Sequence record: SRR20825010_1540
Length of the DNA: 56,145 nt
Reading direction: 5' to 3' (one strand)
The position numbers and the translations under genes were made by a program. A model generated the notes under the pieces. That model had not been told where the DNA came from, did not search any database, and saw nothing but the letters and a program-made list of their open reading frames with translations. Positions 28,616 through 37,687 of this stretch are shown one piece after another (within the stretch, counting starts at the first letter, position 1; each line of letters opens with the position of its first letter).

Positions 28616-30667
28616 TTATTTTAAATCGTCCCCTGCTATATCACGCCAATCGTATATATGAAAAGTTTTATCCGTAGACATTCCTACAAACATGCCCTTT
28701 GGAAATTCATCGCCCAAACCTATAGAGGTAACATCGGAACCATCACTTTCCAGGGTCATCAACTCTACCGATTTAATAAAATTGTGATTATGTGGATTAG
28801 CTTCCGAACCTTCCCTTGAAAAAATATTGAAAGTGTTCCGTTGCTGATCGGATATCAAAATATATCCAGTTCCATCAGCATTCTTGTAGATACTTATACC
28901 TTCTATGTCCCTGCCAAACTCCTTTGTTCCAAATAAGGCCAATTCTTCATCCCCTTTTGAGGGGTCCGCGTAGTATTTACGAACCCCAAAAGCCTCGTCC
29001 GAACAATACACATAGCCCAATTCATTATCTACGGCAATAGCCTCAATTTCTTTAATACCACTATAGTTGCCAAAATCCCTAATTTTAGTTAGCTTCACCT
29101 TTCCTTTACCGTCATTATCTATTCGGTACTGACATAGGTACCCCTTAGACGGTCCATCTTTGGGACCAACTATTGCATATACCAATCCGTCTTTGGGATT
29201 TTTAAACAAGGCAACTCCCATAGGGTCTTTCTTATCCCTGTCCTCAAAAACAGCCAAACCACCACCATCAATAGGCTTCATATCGGGCACACTAAAAACC
29301 CTTAATTGATTTCTACTTCTTTCCGTAGTTACAGCAATATCTATGGGCTTTCCATTTAGGATGTAGCCATATGCAATATCTACATTATTTGGTCTTTGAA
29401 GATTTGGAATAACTTTATCTTTTAATATTTTTCCTTGCAAATCAAAAACGTATAAACCTCCGCCATCTTCTTTGTCCGTACCAATTATTAAACTTTGGGC
29501 GGGATCATTTTTATTTACCCAGATAGCCGGGTCATCCGTATCAAAAACTACTTTTTCCGTTATATACTTAGGTTGTATGGCATTTTTGGTATGTTGAGGC
29601 AGACCATCCGGGGCAACCATTAAATCGTCACCGGCAATATCTTCCCAAGCGTAAAGTTGAAAGGTCCTGTCATCTGACATAGCCACAAACATTCCCTTTG
29701 GAAACAAATCGCCCAAGGATGCATTGGTAACTTCGGAGCCATCACTCTCCATTGTTGAAACATCTATAGATTTTACCAATAAATGTTGGTGAGGATTATC
29801 TGCACTTCCTTCCCTGGAGAATATTTGAAATTTATTGGCCTGTTGATCGGAAACAATTATATAACCGGTACCAATATCCGTTGTGTAAATACTTATCCCC
29901 TCATGGTCTCCAGCAAAACCTTCTGTGGCAAAAATTGCCAACTCCTCATCTCCCTTCCCAACATCAGCAAAATATTTACGTACCCCTACACCTTCATCGG
30001 AATAATACACATAACCCAGTTCATCATCCACTACTATAGCTTCAATTTCCTTTTTCCCACTATATTTTCCAAAAGCCCGTACTTTATCGGCAATGATATT
30101 TCCGTTCTCATCCCCTTTTAATTCATATTGCCAAATATACCCATCTAGCGGTCCAGATTTTCTTCCTACAAAGGCGTAGACCTTGTCTTCCGTATTTTTA
30201 TATAGTGAAATCCCCATAGGGTCCCTTTGATCTTCACCTTCAAAAACCTCAATGCCCCCATTGTCCAAAGGTGTCATTTCTGGAAGCCTAAATATTCTTA
30301 TTTTATTGGTAAGCCGTTCCGTAACCACCGCAATAGAAAATTCTTCCTCCCCCAGTTCAAACTCTTCTATGTCCACATTGTTGGGACGTTTTAACCCCCT
30401 AACCGTTTTATCTTCAATGATATTGCCTTTTAAGTCGTAAACATACAAGGCACCGTCCTCGTTTTTATCCGTTCCCAGAATTAAGCTTTGGGAAGGGTCT
30501 TCCTCATTTATCCATATGGCTGCATCGTCAGTATCATGTTTTGTGACCTGTGTTGTTATTTTTGGTTTTATGGCGTTCTCTGCAATCTTTGGTTTTGACT
30601 CGCAAGCACTAATTAAAACTGCACCTATTAAACCTAAGAGACCAACTGTTGGGTGTGTAAACTTCAT
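28616..30667 (-). CDS. Beta-propeller phytase with two tandem phytase domains, lipoprotein
   Basis: Lipobox LISAC; two copies of DTDD[AP]AIW..GTDK, RPNNVD, KEIEAI, EGISIY, SDQ and ESDG. Confidence 0.9.
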   Translation of the reverse strand: MKFTHPTVGLLGLIGAVLISACESKPKIAENAIKPKITTQVTKHDTDDAAIWINEEDPSQSLILGTDKNEDGALYVYDLKGNIIEDKTVRGLKRPNNVDIEEFELGEEEFSIAVVTERLTNKIRIFRLPEMTPLDNGGIEVFEGEDQRDPMGISLYKNTEDKVYAFVGRKSGPLDGYIWQYELKGDENGNIIADKVRAFGKYSGKKEIEAIVVDDELGYVYYSDEGVGVRKYFADVGKGDEELAIFATEGFAGDHEGISIYTTDIGTGYIIVSDQQANKFQIFSREGSADNPHQHLLVKSIDVSTMESDGSEVTNASLGDLFPKGMFVAMSDDRTFQLYAWEDIAGDDLMVAPDGLPQHTKNAIQPKYITEKVVFDTDDPAIWVNKNDPAQSLIIGTDKEDGGGLYVFDLQGKILKDKVIPNLQRPNNVDIAYGYILNGKPIDIAVTTERSRNQLRVFSVPDMKPIDGGGLAVFEDRDKKDPMGVALFKNPKDGLVYAIVGPKDGPSKGYLCQYRIDNDGKGKVKLTKIRDFGNYSGIKEIEAIAVDNELGYVYCSDEAFGVRKYYADPSKGDEELALFGTKEFGRDIEGISIYKNADGTGYILISDQQRNTFNIFSREGSEANPHNHNFIKSVELMTLESDGSDVTSIGLGDEFPKGMFVGMSTDKTFHIYDWRDIAGDDLK

Positions 30668-30671
30668 AATG

Positions 30672-31094
30672 TTATATCTTTTTTCTTAATATTTTTCCTG
30701 AATCGTTAAAAAGTATATCGTAAATTTTATCTCCTTTTTTAAGATCTATTTCATAAAATATTTGATTATCCGCTGTTTTCACCAACTCTATATCTATTAT
30801 TGAATAATCACTTAATTTTTCAGCTATCGTTTTTGATATGGCCACTGGAAGTTCGGTTTTATCTATTTCCAATTCCGTTTCAAGCCAGTTCCCATCTTTA
30901 TCAAAATAAGAGGTGTAGTTAAAACCGTCCAGGGTATAATGCAACCTGTATAGTTCTCTTTTCAAACTCCATTCAATATTGTGGGCAGAAGGCTCAATTT
31001 CCAAGAATTTAATTTGCACCTCCCTAGGAACGGTTTCCTTGTTACATGAGCAAACCATAAACCCTATAAATACTATTAAAATTAACTGCCTCAT
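30672..31094 (-). CDS. PepSY-like (beta-lactamase-inhibitor-like) lipoprotein
   Basis: Lipobox VCSC; FDKDGNWLETE..I..TELP.AI and YEIDL..G...DILFNDSGKIL repeat pattern. Confidence 0.7.
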   Translation of the reverse strand: MRQLILIVFIGFMVCSCNKETVPREVQIKFLEIEPSAHNIEWSLKRELYRLHYTLDGFNYTSYFDKDGNWLETELEIDKTELPVAISKTIAEKLSDYSIIDIELVKTADNQIFYEIDLKKGDKIYDILFNDSGKILRKKI

Positions 31095-31107
31095 ATTTTA
31101 TGTTAGG

Positions 31108-31140
31108 TAAACTTATGGGTTAATTCTGTAGAGATTCTGT
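31108..31140 (-). promoter_or_regulatory. Putative activator-dependent promoter: 11-bp-period direct repeat plus -7 box
   Basis: Minus strand ACAGAAT-ctct-ACAGAAT-N7-TAAGTTTA; same architecture as 37031-37063. Confidence 0.65.
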
Positions 31141-31148
31141 CTATAAAA

Positions 31149-32393
31149 TCAAAAGTATAAGACAAAATTGTGTAGTCCGTTTTCATAGCAATACTCTAAC
31201 CGAATATGGTATGCCGAACATATTTTATTAATAATTGATAGCCCCAAGCCCAGCGAATTTTTATTTGATCTATTAAACCTTTTAAACTGATTGACATCTA
31301 TTGTGGCTTGATTTCCGCTATTTGAAAACCTAATACAATTTTGCATAGTAATTATATGTATAATGCCATTTGTATTATTATGTTTAATGGCGTTTCTTAT
31401 CAAATTTGACACTAAAATCACTACAAGATCAGGATTAATCTCAAAGTGAATAGGATGACTTAATTCCGTTGTAATCTTAAACCCATTAAGCTCAATTACT
31501 TCTATATAGTGCTGAACTTGGTTCCTAACTACTTCAGTAACATCTATTTTCTCTGAATTATCATATGCACCGGATTCAATTTTAGCCAATAAGGTTAGAC
31601 CGTGATTTATCTTGGATAACCGCAGGCAACTATTGTATATTGATTTTAACGGCTTTAACTCTACCTCGGTAAGGCTTTCAGACTGCAGAAGAATTTCACA
31701 TTTGTTACGGATTATGGCCAAAGGCGTCTGGATCTCATGCGCGGCATTCTCGGTAAATTCTTTAAGATTGAGGTAATCATAATGAATTTTTTTAATCATT
31801 GTGTTCAACATACTGTTGAGCTGGTTGAATTCTTGAGTATTAGTCCTGCGGAAATCTATAGACCGAGTACTTCCCAGTTCATAATTCTTAAGGGTGACAA
31901 GTGTTTCCTTGAACGGCCTCCACAAACCTCTTGAAATGAAAAGGTTACCAAGCAAAAGAAAAGACAACAACCCTAAAAAAACCAATAACATGGGCTTTAA
32001 TATCTCTACAACCAAGAGATTAGATTCGATCAAGGACTTGAAGATGGAGATATCATAATAAACGGCACCTATTTTACGAATGACATTTAATTTTCTATAG
32101 GCGTGGAATTCGTCATCTATGATATCATATACTATGGTATCTGAGAATATTAAATTATCAACTTCCTCTTTGTTCTTGGTGATCTTAATAATTTGCTCAT
32201 AGTTGTTCAATGCTTCTAGAGGAACATCATTGACCAATTGTGTCGTGGCAATTTCTTCCCTATTTACGAGAAAATCATTAATATCATTATCAATAACATT
32301 ATTAAAATTAATGAGGATAATAAAACCGGCAACGGCAAAAAAGAGCAACGAAGCCAAAGCATAATAGAGCGATGTTTTAACTAATAATTTCAA
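31149..32393 (-). CDS. Membrane sensor histidine kinase
   Basis: Two TM segments, H-box ENAAHEIQTPL, N-box NLIRNAIKHN, GLGLSI; TTG start overlaps the regulator stop. Confidence 0.9.
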   Translation of the reverse strand: MKLLVKTSLYYALASLLFFAVAGFIILINFNNVIDNDINDFLVNREEIATTQLVNDVPLEALNNYEQIIKITKNKEEVDNLIFSDTIVYDIIDDEFHAYRKLNVIRKIGAVYYDISIFKSLIESNLLVVEILKPMLLVFLGLLSFLLLGNLFISRGLWRPFKETLVTLKNYELGSTRSIDFRRTNTQEFNQLNSMLNTMIKKIHYDYLNLKEFTENAAHEIQTPLAIIRNKCEILLQSESLTEVELKPLKSIYNSCLRLSKINHGLTLLAKIESGAYDNSEKIDVTEVVRNQVQHYIEVIELNGFKITTELSHPIHFEINPDLVVILVSNLIRNAIKHNNTNGIIHIITMQNCIRFSNSGNQATIDVNQFKRFNRSNKNSLGLGLSIINKICSAYHIRLEYCYENGLHNFVLYF

Positions 32394-33067
32394 ACTTTTT
32401 GGAATTTGTACCCTACGCCATAAATAGTAGAGAGATAATCGTTACCACCTGCATTGATTATTTTTTTTCTGAGGTTTTTTATATGGCCATAAATAAAATC
32501 GAAAGAATCGAACATATCGGTATCATCTCCCCATAAATGCTCAACTATCGATTCCTTGGTTATGACCCGATTTTCATTACTTATAAAATAAAGTAACATT
32601 TGATACTCTTTTTGGGTTAGGGCAATGTTTGTATTGTTTACTGCAACTTCATGGGAAACAGTATTTATTCTAATGTCTCCAAAGTCTATAGTATTATTGC
32701 CGTGAAACTGTTTTCTTCTAATTATTGATTTTATTCTGGCATTTAGCTCGTTAAAATCGAAAGGTTTAGTAAGATAATCATCCGCTCCTAGATCCAAGGC
32801 AGAGATTTTGTCATCAATTGCTCCATGGGCACTTAGAATAATGACACCTGTATCTCTATTTATTTTTTTAAGATATTCCAAAACTTCAAGGCCAGTGCCA
32901 TCGGGAAGGCCAATATCTAAAATAATAGTGTCGTATTCATGCATATAAACTTTTTCTTTGGCCATTGAAGCTGTGGATACGGCCTCGCATAAAAAATTTT
33001 CCCCTTTAAGGAATTCGATTAAGTCATCCTGAACCTCCTGTTCGTCCTCGATAATTAATAATTTCAT
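32390..33067 (-). CDS. OmpR/PhoB family response regulator
   Basis: IIEDE, LDIGLPDG, GADDYLTKPF, winged helix HIKNLRKK and TIYGVGYK. Confidence 0.95.
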   Translation of the reverse strand: MKLLIIEDEQEVQDDLIEFLKGENFLCEAVSTASMAKEKVYMHEYDTIILDIGLPDGTGLEVLEYLKKINRDTGVIILSAHGAIDDKISALDLGADDYLTKPFDFNELNARIKSIIRRKQFHGNNTIDFGDIRINTVSHEVAVNNTNIALTQKEYQMLLYFISNENRVITKESIVEHLWGDDTDMFDSFDFIYGHIKNLRKKIINAGGNDYLSTIYGVGYKFQKV

Positions 33068-33148
33068 ACTAGCTGGTTACCTGTTATTTTTATTTTATGA
33101 TATCTAGAAAAGTATAAAATTTTTCTACCCTTATATATCATAATTACG

Positions 33149-33177
33149 AAAAAAAAGGCTAGACATACATCTAGCCT
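33149..33177 (-). terminator. Intrinsic terminator after the purple acid phosphatase gene
   Basis: Minus strand AGGCTAGA-tgtatg-TCTAGCCT followed by a T tract. Confidence 0.8.
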
Positions 33178-33205
33178 CTTGGTCACTGACATAACTAATT
33201 AAACT

Positions 33206-34198
33206 TCACTCCTTTTTTATTTCCGTGGTGTAGATTACATTGCCCTTATAATTTATGACTTGTACCAACATATTACCTTTGGTTATAGAAACCGCCATAA
33301 ACCCCTGAACAGAGGCGGCAAACCTGGATATACCATCTATCATGCCCGTTGCCCTAACTTCAGAACCTGCTCCTGAAATAAAATGATGGGTCTTTCCTTT
33401 GGGCTTAATATGTTGCAAATCATGCTCATGTCCAGCAAAATATACATCTGCATTACTCCTCTGCAAAATGGGTTGCAGTGAATTTCTTATTTGTTCCGTG
33501 TCCTCCATTCGTTTACCCCCGGAATATAATGGATGATGGCCCGAAAAAATTGTCCAGTCCGCTATTGGCTTAACGGCCATAGTACTATCTATCCATTTTA
33601 TCTGTTGCGTAGAATCCTGTGACTTAACATTAACATAGGTCTCTTCCGCATAATACTTCCTTTCAAACGGACAGGTATCCAAAAACAAAAATTGCACATT
33701 CAATCCAGTGTCTTCATCTTTAAAACCGTACTCATAATATCGTGATGGCATGTGCCACCTCTGGCTTTTGTTGGTGTAGTCTATTTGGGCCTGGGGGTTT
33801 CCCCTATAATCGTGATTGCCCAGCACAACATACCACGGAATTTCTAGATGGTATCCTGAATAAATATTTTCAAAGGAAGCCCCCCAATTGGGGTCGTCTA
33901 TGCTTGCAACACCATTGGGGTAAAAATTATCTCCCAAGGCAATGACAAATTCCGCATCCAATGTTTTGGCTGCTTCTTCCATTCTATCGGCTACCAATTG
34001 CTGGTTGTAATCCCCTTTTCTTCCCCAATCCCCAATTACTAGAAAGTGTAAAGCATCCTTCAAAACCAATAGACTATCTGTAACTTTGTAGCTATCGCCC
34101 AAAGGCTCCTCCTTGCCATCTAATTTTGTTGCAACACAACCATAACCAACAAGGAACAGTAGAAATATCGCTCCAACCTTATTCCATATGCTTTTCAT
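33206..34198 (-). CDS. Purple acid phosphatase / tartrate-resistant acid phosphatase-like metallophosphoesterase, probable lipoprotein
   Basis: All five PAP motifs: GDWG, GDNFY, GNHD, GHHP, GHEH; lipobox-like VGYGC. Confidence 0.88.
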   Translation of the reverse strand: MKSIWNKVGAIFLLFLVGYGCVATKLDGKEEPLGDSYKVTDSLLVLKDALHFLVIGDWGRKGDYNQQLVADRMEEAAKTLDAEFVIALGDNFYPNGVASIDDPNWGASFENIYSGYHLEIPWYVVLGNHDYRGNPQAQIDYTNKSQRWHMPSRYYEYGFKDEDTGLNVQFLFLDTCPFERKYYAEETYVNVKSQDSTQQIKWIDSTMAVKPIADWTIFSGHHPLYSGGKRMEDTEQIRNSLQPILQRSNADVYFAGHEHDLQHIKPKGKTHHFISGAGSEVRATGMIDGISRFAASVQGFMAVSITKGNMLVQVINYKGNVIYTTEIKKE

Positions 34199-34230
34199 TG
34201 AATGACAAATTAAAATGGCAGATAATATGG

Positions 34231-36996
34231 TTAGAAATTAAACCTTATACCCAACCTACCCCAAGAACCATATCTTGTCCTAAAACTGGGCGTATTTTTG
34301 GTATTGTAAAATTCCCTTTCGTCCTCATCGGTTAGGTTAACCAACTCCAAAAAAGCCGTTAATTTATTTTTACTAAAGGTTTGGCTCATGGAAAAGTCCC
34401 ACTGATGTCTACTTTCCACATTGATTATATCCCCACCATCAAACTCATTGATATAAGACCCATTATAATTGAATGACAATCTTGCCTTAAACCCACCAAT
34501 ATTATAGGCGAGGGCAGCATTACCAATATTGTCCGCTTGCCCGGGCAAGTCTATCTCACTTAGATCTGCCCCTTGTGCAAAATTGGACACATTGGCTTCC
34601 GAAGCCGTGTGGGTATAATTTAAATACACTACAAGCCCCTTTAGAACGCCCGGCAAAAAGCTTAAATTTTGTTGATATCCAATTTCAAAACCCAATAGGG
34701 AGGCGTCATCACCATTAACGGATTGGGTAACCTCTACGTCCGGAATACCCCTAAAGGTCTGATCCGTAGTTTGCTGGTAAATAAAATCATTTAATTTTTT
34801 ATAAAAAACGCCTCCAGACAATAGTCCCAAAGTACCAAAATAGTGCTCCCCATAAATATCGAGATTCGTAGCCCTTACCGGTTTAAGATCCGGATTAAAA
34901 ATTGATGCCTCTTCCCCGTTAAAAGTTGCTCCCTGAACAAGATCTTGGAAATTAGGTCTGGAATAGGATTTAGTGATGGAGGCACGCAAAATATCGTTAT
35001 CGCTTATGTTGTATTTTAGATGAAACATAGGCAAGAGAAATCCATAGTCATTGGTCCCACTTACCGCTATTGCTTCCTCTGTATCCTCGTCCCATTGTCC
35101 TGAGGCATAATCAAAATTTGTTTTTTCATACCTTACCCCAGCCAGAAGCATAAGTCTGTTCAATTGTATTTTTCCCTGAACATAACCGGCAAACACATTT
35201 TCCGTTGCCTTGTATTCTTGTAAGGCCTTTTCCTCGGCCGCTTTAATAAAATCGGACTCGAAATCCCCTATATTATTGTTGAAATAGGTATTGAATTCAT
35301 TTCTATCAGTGAAAGGTCCTACCTCTTGATTGAATTCCCCATCCATAAAACTGGAATAAACATGGTTATCGGCAAAATCGCTCAAAAAAAGATCATCATC
35401 TCCTTCATACCCATAACTCTCAAATTTATCTACTATAAAACGTTTGTCCTTAAACCTAAGCTTGCCCCCCATTTTAAGCTCGCCTTGGTTTTCAGATATA
35501 TGCAACGGAAAAGCGGCATTTATTTTAGCGGTCGTATTATGGTCTTTTGCAGTTGTTACCTCATTTTCCCACTCATCCAATCCCAAAAGAGCTGCATTGC
35601 CTACCTGGGCATTTTGCCCATCATAGGTAAAACTATTGAGCTTTGGACTAAAACGATCGGAAATGTTCAGGCTCCATGTTACATCCTCTGCGTTTTCAAA
35701 CACAGATTTTTCGTTTGCCTCAGTTTTCTGAAATGCCTCTGAATGGGCTATTTCATAATCCAATATTACCTTGGCGCCAGAATAGTTTCCTCCAAGGTTG
35801 AAGCTGTATACTCCCTGATTCTCTGGACGATATTTGAGTTCCTTGGAAATTCCGTATTCCAAGACATCATCATCTTCCTCAGATTCCAATTTAAGCCTTC
35901 TTCTTTGCTCCACTTCCCTCAATTCACTGTATAATGTCCTGAAATAGATCTGACTTTTGTCACTGAATTTATAATCCAATGTTGCATTGGCCCCTATGCG
36001 CTTTCTTGAAACCTCATAACTGGTAATTTCCAACTCATCCAATCCTTCCGGATTGTCCTTATCCCAACCATCAAAAGTATATCTCTCCGAAAATTTTTCA
36101 CTAGGGGCATAACTACCCCCAACTATAAACCCAAACTTGTCATTATTGGTTCGTTTGCTCAGGGTAACATTCCCTTGAGCAGTGGTCTTCTCCGAAGAAT
36201 TGTTGTACTCGCCACCTAGGGAACCGGAAACCTCCAATTGTTTTTTATAGGCTGTTGGGGTTTTTAGGTTGACAGAACCTCCCACTGCATCCCCATCCAT
36301 ATCTGGAGTAATGGATTTTGTTATTTCAATTGACGCCAACTGATTGGAAGGTATGGCATCCAATGCCACAAATCGGGAATCCCCCTCAGGCGAAGGAATT
36401 TGTTCACCATTTATGCTAATGTTGGTGAATTGTGGAGCCAATCCACGCACTAATATAAAACGGCCATCACCTTCATCGCGCTGAAGGTTCACCCCTGTTA
36501 CCCTTTGAAGGGATTCCGCTGAATTCTGATCGGGAAATTTTCCCATTTGATCTGAAGAAACAACATTTTTCAGGTTATCGGCAGATTTTTGTTGGTTCAG
36601 TGCCTTTATTTGTCCATCCAAGGAGCCTGCCAAGATTATTTCGTTTAATTGGGTCGCTTCCATTTCGAGTTCAAAATTGACCACTTTGGTTTCCCCTGCA
36701 TTAATCTCCACGTTAATAGTCTTTGTCTTTTCACCGATATAACTCACTTCAATTTCCAAGTTACCGGCGTTAACGGCAAGGGAATATTCACCGTCAAAAT
36801 TCGTAGTTGTACCAGTATATGTACCTACAATTCTAATATTTGCACCGGGCAAAGGATTTTGTGAATCCAGATCCTTTACCGTGCCCCTAATTAACCCCTT
36901 GTTTTGAGACTGGGAATAAGCCAAATGGAAAGAACCAAACATACCGGTTAACAATAGAATTAAGAATATCCTAATATTAAAGTACTTAGATTTCAT
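34231..36996 (-). CDS. TonB-dependent receptor (non-SusC type, phytase-associated)
   Basis: Carboxypeptidase-like N-terminal domain, plug GKFPDQNSAESLQRVTGV..GDGRF..VRG, KSITPDMDGDAVGG, C-terminal FNF; ATG at 36996 gives a signal peptide (ORF opens at 37071). Confidence 0.9.
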   Translation of the reverse strand: MKSKYFNIRIFLILLLTGMFGSFHLAYSQSQNKGLIRGTVKDLDSQNPLPGANIRIVGTYTGTTTNFDGEYSLAVNAGNLEIEVSYIGEKTKTINVEINAGETKVVNFELEMEATQLNEIILAGSLDGQIKALNQQKSADNLKNVVSSDQMGKFPDQNSAESLQRVTGVNLQRDEGDGRFILVRGLAPQFTNISINGEQIPSPEGDSRFVALDAIPSNQLASIEITKSITPDMDGDAVGGSVNLKTPTAYKKQLEVSGSLGGEYNNSSEKTTAQGNVTLSKRTNNDKFGFIVGGSYAPSEKFSERYTFDGWDKDNPEGLDELEITSYEVSRKRIGANATLDYKFSDKSQIYFRTLYSELREVEQRRRLKLESEEDDDVLEYGISKELKYRPENQGVYSFNLGGNYSGAKVILDYEIAHSEAFQKTEANEKSVFENAEDVTWSLNISDRFSPKLNSFTYDGQNAQVGNAALLGLDEWENEVTTAKDHNTTAKINAAFPLHISENQGELKMGGKLRFKDKRFIVDKFESYGYEGDDDLFLSDFADNHVYSSFMDGEFNQEVGPFTDRNEFNTYFNNNIGDFESDFIKAAEEKALQEYKATENVFAGYVQGKIQLNRLMLLAGVRYEKTNFDYASGQWDEDTEEAIAVSGTNDYGFLLPMFHLKYNISDNDILRASITKSYSRPNFQDLVQGATFNGEEASIFNPDLKPVRATNLDIYGEHYFGTLGLLSGGVFYKKLNDFIYQQTTDQTFRGIPDVEVTQSVNGDDASLLGFEIGYQQNLSFLPGVLKGLVVYLNYTHTASEANVSNFAQGADLSEIDLPGQADNIGNAALAYNIGGFKARLSFNYNGSYINEFDGGDIINVESRHQWDFSMSQTFSKNKLTAFLELVNLTDEDEREFYNTKNTPSFRTRYGSWGRLGIRFNF

Positions 36997-37030
36997 TTTT
37001 ATTGATTTTAGTTGGTTGATATTTAGAATA

Positions 37031-37063
37031 TAAAAATAGGTTTCAATTCTGTTTAAAATCTGT
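37031..37063 (-). promoter_or_regulatory. Putative activator-dependent promoter: direct repeat plus -7 box
   Basis: Minus strand ACAGATT-ttaa-ACAGAAT-N7-TATTTTTA; same spacing as 31108-31140. Confidence 0.65.
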
Positions 37064-37687
37064 ACTGCCAATATTACTAAGTTATTGTTAAGTACATTTT
37101 GCCGATAGGTAATATTTGCGTAAACAAATTAGTTCAATAATGGGTCAAACTAGGGAGGGAGACAAATGAACTAGATCAGAGTAAAGATCTTTGTAAACTT
37201 CAAAAAATTTAACGGCTGTCTTTTCATCAAACCTTAAACGAATTTAAGTACATTCAACATAAAGATGAATTAACTTGCCATTATCCTGAATACAAGGCAA
37301 GAATTGCCCAATGCTCTACACAGCTGGTATACAAACTGCAGTGGTCCAATCGGATGCTTGATTTTGACGTTCCAATAACTGTTCCCTATTTCCAAGACAA
37401 AGAATTGCATTTTAAGATAGGTACAAATGCAGGAATCCCTAAAGCACTACCTTATCAATAAATTATTATTTAAAAGGTGAAAAATTCCAGTCTAGAAAGT
37501 TAATCTCGGTTTCCCTTATACATCCCTGACAGCATTATTTCTTGCCATAACAAAACAATTAACATAGGACTATAATTGCAGCAAGGCATAGGTTGTGTTT
37601 CAAACACACCAAAGGTGGGAACGTCCATATCATAACTTTACAATATATTTCCATACATTTTCAATGGTCCGTGAATTCCAATAAACC

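Noticed and set aside
31149-33067. Naming the two-component system PhoR/PhoB
   Set aside because: Only family-level OmpR and HisKA motifs are visible; the kinase has no evident PAS domain and the repeat differs from the canonical Pho box
36997-37071. N-terminal extension of the TonB receptor ORF (likewise sigma 16578-16664 and GH92 249-281)
   Set aside because: Downstream starts give a proper signal peptide or a typical length, and the receptor extension overlaps its own candidate promoter
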